Shown: one piece after another, positions 61,311 through 64,000 of the stretch
How positions within the stretch are numbered: position 1 is the first letter of the stretch
Layout of the letters: each line of letters begins with the position of its first letter
Source: Candidatus Bathyarchaeia archaeon
GTDB lineage: Archaea; Thermoproteota; Bathyarchaeia; Bathyarchaeales; Bathycorpusculaceae
Assembly (NCBI GenBank): GCA_049516875.1
Contig: JBEKSS010000012.1
Coordinates: forward strand, 1 to 64,000
Length of the DNA: 64,000 nt
Reading direction: 5' to 3'
The notes under the pieces: generated by a model
The model's database searches: none
Told to the model about the DNA's origin: nothing
The model's input: the letters and a program-made list of their open reading frames with translations, nothing else
Made by a program: the position numbers and the translations under genes

Positions 61311-61547
61311 TTGCTGAGTGTTGTTTACGAAGTTATTGTGGAATATCACGTTATCCGAAGAGGACCAGAGGGAGATGCCGTAACCACTGTTTGCTATTAT
61401 GTTGTTTTCCAAAATGGTGTTGTTTGAAGAGGAGAGGAGGCACATGCCGTAGCTGCTGCTTGATGATGCGTTGTTTCCAGAAATGATGTTGTAGTTTGAA
61501 GAGGAGGAGAGCACGATACCTGTCCAGTTGTTTGCCATTACGTCGTT
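61311..61547 (-). pseudogene. Internal fragment of a NosD/PbH1 beta-helix surface protein
   Basis: GI.L..SS.N.I..NN repeats and IFHNNFVNN; bounded by GC tracts on both sides. Confidence 0.85.
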
Positions 61548-61792
61548 TTAGCGCGGCCGCGCCAAACGGGTTCAAGTCCCCTTTCAAATAGCGACCACGA
61601 TAAGATCGATAGAACCTGTATTGTGTGCATAATAACCCCAAGCTACCGATGTTTTCTTCTGTATATCGTGGTAGCGCGCGCCTGGCAGTCAAGCTATATA
61701 AGTGATGTTGAGAATACTGAGATGCACGTTCTAGATCTATTATTTTAGTGATGGATTTGCGCGTCAAAAACAACAGAGTGGAAACAAGTTAG

Positions 61793-62458
61793 ATGGCGAA
61801 ACATATTTGGAGAGGTAGAGGCAGGCCTCTTAAGAGGATGCATTCACACAAAGATGGAAGGGTTCTGGAGAACCTTGCCAGAATCGCGGTGTTGCATAAG
61901 GTTGATGCAAGTGAATTTTTCAATCGCATTGTGGAAGCTTGGAATCACGAGGGGTCAGAATGTGAGCAGGTGATTATAGAATGTCGCAAGAGGACGAAGA
62001 ATTCAGCGATTTTTCTCTTTACCACCGATCGAGAGGTTGTAGCTCAATTTCCAATATCGATTACCATCCTGCAAGGAAAGAATCAGCTCGAAAGCTACAC
62101 GAAAACCATTTTTGCCAGAATTTCTTCAGTCAAGAATTTCGAAGGTGTAAACTCTAAGATTGGGGACTTGAAAGTTGGAATGAAAAAGGTCAGCCTCAAA
62201 GCAGAGGTGCTTGAGATTCCAAAATCCAAAATCGTCTACACGAGATACGGAACAACGGCTTGTGTATCAAACGCACTCATCAGAGACGAAACTGGTTCAA
62301 TGAAAATGAGTTTATGGAACCAGCAGATCAACACGGTGCATAAGGGCGACGTAATTGACGTCAAAAATGGTACAGTAACTTGGTTCAGCGGTGAAAGGCA
62401 GTTGCGACTGGGGAGAAGCGGAAGCTTAAGCGTCATCGAATGCGTGCTCGCACCATAG
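61793..62458 (+). CDS. OB-fold ssDNA-binding (RPA/SSB-like) protein with an N-terminal extension
   Basis: KIGDLK.GM, DETGS..MSLW, GD.I...NG. Confidence 0.85.
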   Translation: MAKHIWRGRGRPLKRMHSHKDGRVLENLARIAVLHKVDASEFFNRIVEAWNHEGSECEQVIIECRKRTKNSAIFLFTTDREVVAQFPISITILQGKNQLESYTKTIFARISSVKNFEGVNSKIGDLKVGMKKVSLKAEVLEIPKSKIVYTRYGTTACVSNALIRDETGSMKMSLWNQQINTVHKGDVIDVKNGTVTWFSGERQLRLGRSGSLSVIECVLAP

Positions 62459-62471
62459 GAAGTGGTTTTTA

Positions 62472-62594
62472 ATGCCGAAGACTAAAGCCATAATAAACAT
62501 TCAAAACGTCGTTGCCGCTGCCACCTTGAACCAAAAAGTTGACTTAAACGCTGTCGTGAAGAGTTTTCCAGGAGTTCAGTATCGCCCAGAACAA
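62472..62594 (+). pseudogene. Truncated TATA-binding protein (first ~41 codons)
   Basis: INIQNVVA.A.L....DL..V........YRPEQ, then similarity stops before FPGL. Confidence 0.85.
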
Positions 62595-62738
62595 GAACAG
62601 AATCCCCGCAGAAAACCTATCAATAGCGCTCGACGTGATAGAGCTAAGGCCATCAAACGAGAAGAGCTCGTGGTGGAAAGAAGCAGAAGAGAAGATGATA
62701 GCCCAATTTTGTCTTTTCACCTCCAAAAGTAACTCTTT

Positions 62739-63917
62739 ATGAGTGCTTCAGAAGAGCTTGAGAAGAATGCAACCAACTACGCGTTGGAAGCAGTGCGCTT
62801 GGACAAGCAAGGGTCAAGAGGCATGGCAATAACCATGTATCAGAAATCCATAGAAAGCCTGCTTCAACTTGTTCAACTCTATCCTGAATACGGCTTGAAC
62901 AAAGTCTACGTGCAAAAAGCGATCGCCTACCAAGAACGCATAAAGGCGATACAAGGCGCCGTAGGTGTGCCGCGCGAACAACCTCACGCAGAAGTTAGAA
63001 ACGGCGGGTGTGAGGGTGAAACCAAAAAGAGTGAAGGCAGCAAGTCCAGTTACGAAGAACTGATAGTCACAGAGAAGCTCAACGTGAAATGGGAGGAAGT
63101 CGTTGGACTGGACCCCGCAAAGAAGGCGGTGAAGGAGGCAATAATCTATCCTGTTCAGAGACCCGACCTGTTTCCATTAGGATGGCCACGGGGAATATTG
63201 CTCTTCGGGCCGCCAGGTTGCGGGAAAACATTGCTGGCAGCAGCCGTCGCTACGGAAATAGACGCTACTTTCGTCTCAATTGACGCGGCTTCGATAATGT
63301 CAAAATGGCTGGGTGAAGCTGAACAGAATGTCGCACGCCTGTTCGGTCAAGTAAGAAAATCATCGTTGGAAGGAAAGCCTGCAATAGTCTTCGTCGATGA
63401 GCTTGACTCTTTGATGGGAAAACACGCAAATGAAGTAGGCGGCGAAATCCGTGTTCGCAACCAGTTCTTGAAAGAGATGGACGGTATCGTAGACAAGGGC
63501 AAGAACCTTCACGTGTACGTGATTGGAGCGACGAACAAGCCTTGGGACTTGGACTGGGCTTTCATAAGAAGATTTCAGAAAAGAATTCTGGTCCCACTGC
63601 CTGACCACCATACACGATTGATGATGTTCAAGCTCTACACTGCCAGTCTTCAACTTGCTCCAGATGTCGAGCTGCAGGAGCTCGCGAGACTCTCAGAGGG
63701 ATTCTCAGGAAGCGACATAAGAGATTTCAACCAGTCGGCACAGCTGAAACTCATCGGCGAATTCTTTGAGTCAGGTAAGGCAAGCGACAGAATGGCCAAG
63801 CCACGACCGTTGACCATGGAGGATTTCAGGCAGATACTCGAGGAAAGAAAGCCCAGTGTATCCCTTGACATGCTGACGCTTTACAACAGATGGTTTGAAG
63901 CATTTAAGGCTCTCTAG
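62739..63917 (+). CDS. MIT-domain AAA+ ATPase (Vps4/CdvC-like)
   Basis: N-terminal MIT helices, GPPGCGKT, SKWLGE, FVDELD, ATNKPW.LD....RRF. Confidence 0.9.
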   Translation: MSASEELEKNATNYALEAVRLDKQGSRGMAITMYQKSIESLLQLVQLYPEYGLNKVYVQKAIAYQERIKAIQGAVGVPREQPHAEVRNGGCEGETKKSEGSKSSYEELIVTEKLNVKWEEVVGLDPAKKAVKEAIIYPVQRPDLFPLGWPRGILLFGPPGCGKTLLAAAVATEIDATFVSIDAASIMSKWLGEAEQNVARLFGQVRKSSLEGKPAIVFVDELDSLMGKHANEVGGEIRVRNQFLKEMDGIVDKGKNLHVYVIGATNKPWDLDWAFIRRFQKRILVPLPDHHTRLMMFKLYTASLQLAPDVELQELARLSEGFSGSDIRDFNQSAQLKLIGEFFESGKASDRMAKPRPLTMEDFRQILEERKPSVSLDMLTLYNRWFEAFKAL

Positions 63918-64000
63918 AAGGAGGATGATGCAACAAGAGTGTGTTGAAGCGTTGGGTGGATAGGTTTAGCCTTTCTCCGTTTCCTCTAAAGTTTCTTCTG

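Noticed and set aside
1-64000. CRISPR array
   Set aside because: No regularly spaced repeat-spacer series seen; the GC tracts are short and irregularly spaced

Overview
Archaeal chromosomal window, most consistent with Bathyarchaeia (TACK). Support: archaeal TrpRS/TyrRS/PheRS, DnaG, PolB, MIT-AAA Vps4/CdvC-like ATPase, DUF1512, an intron-containing tRNA-Trp, a stand-alone 5S rRNA and grpE-dnaK-dnaJ. Housekeeping blocks alternate with accessory patches of small genes and gene debris (integrase tail, Cas1-like tail, IS6 remnant, NosD and TBP fragments). Main leads: (1) an AT-rich, translationally coupled operon of five small HTH proteins (one missed by the ORF track) ending in a wHTH-CHAT protease with an intact His/Cys dyad, next to a Cas1-like remnant; (2) a (GC)n palindrome of 8 bp or more, found about 15 times, always between intact genes or at the edges of gene fragments and single-gene units; (3) a ~300-nt structured RNA candidate divergent from tyrS; (4) several genes that appear to need non-canonical starts (ACG, CTG, ATA); (5) a PolB with degenerate proofreading motifs. 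All family calls come from motif recognition by eye; no searches were run.
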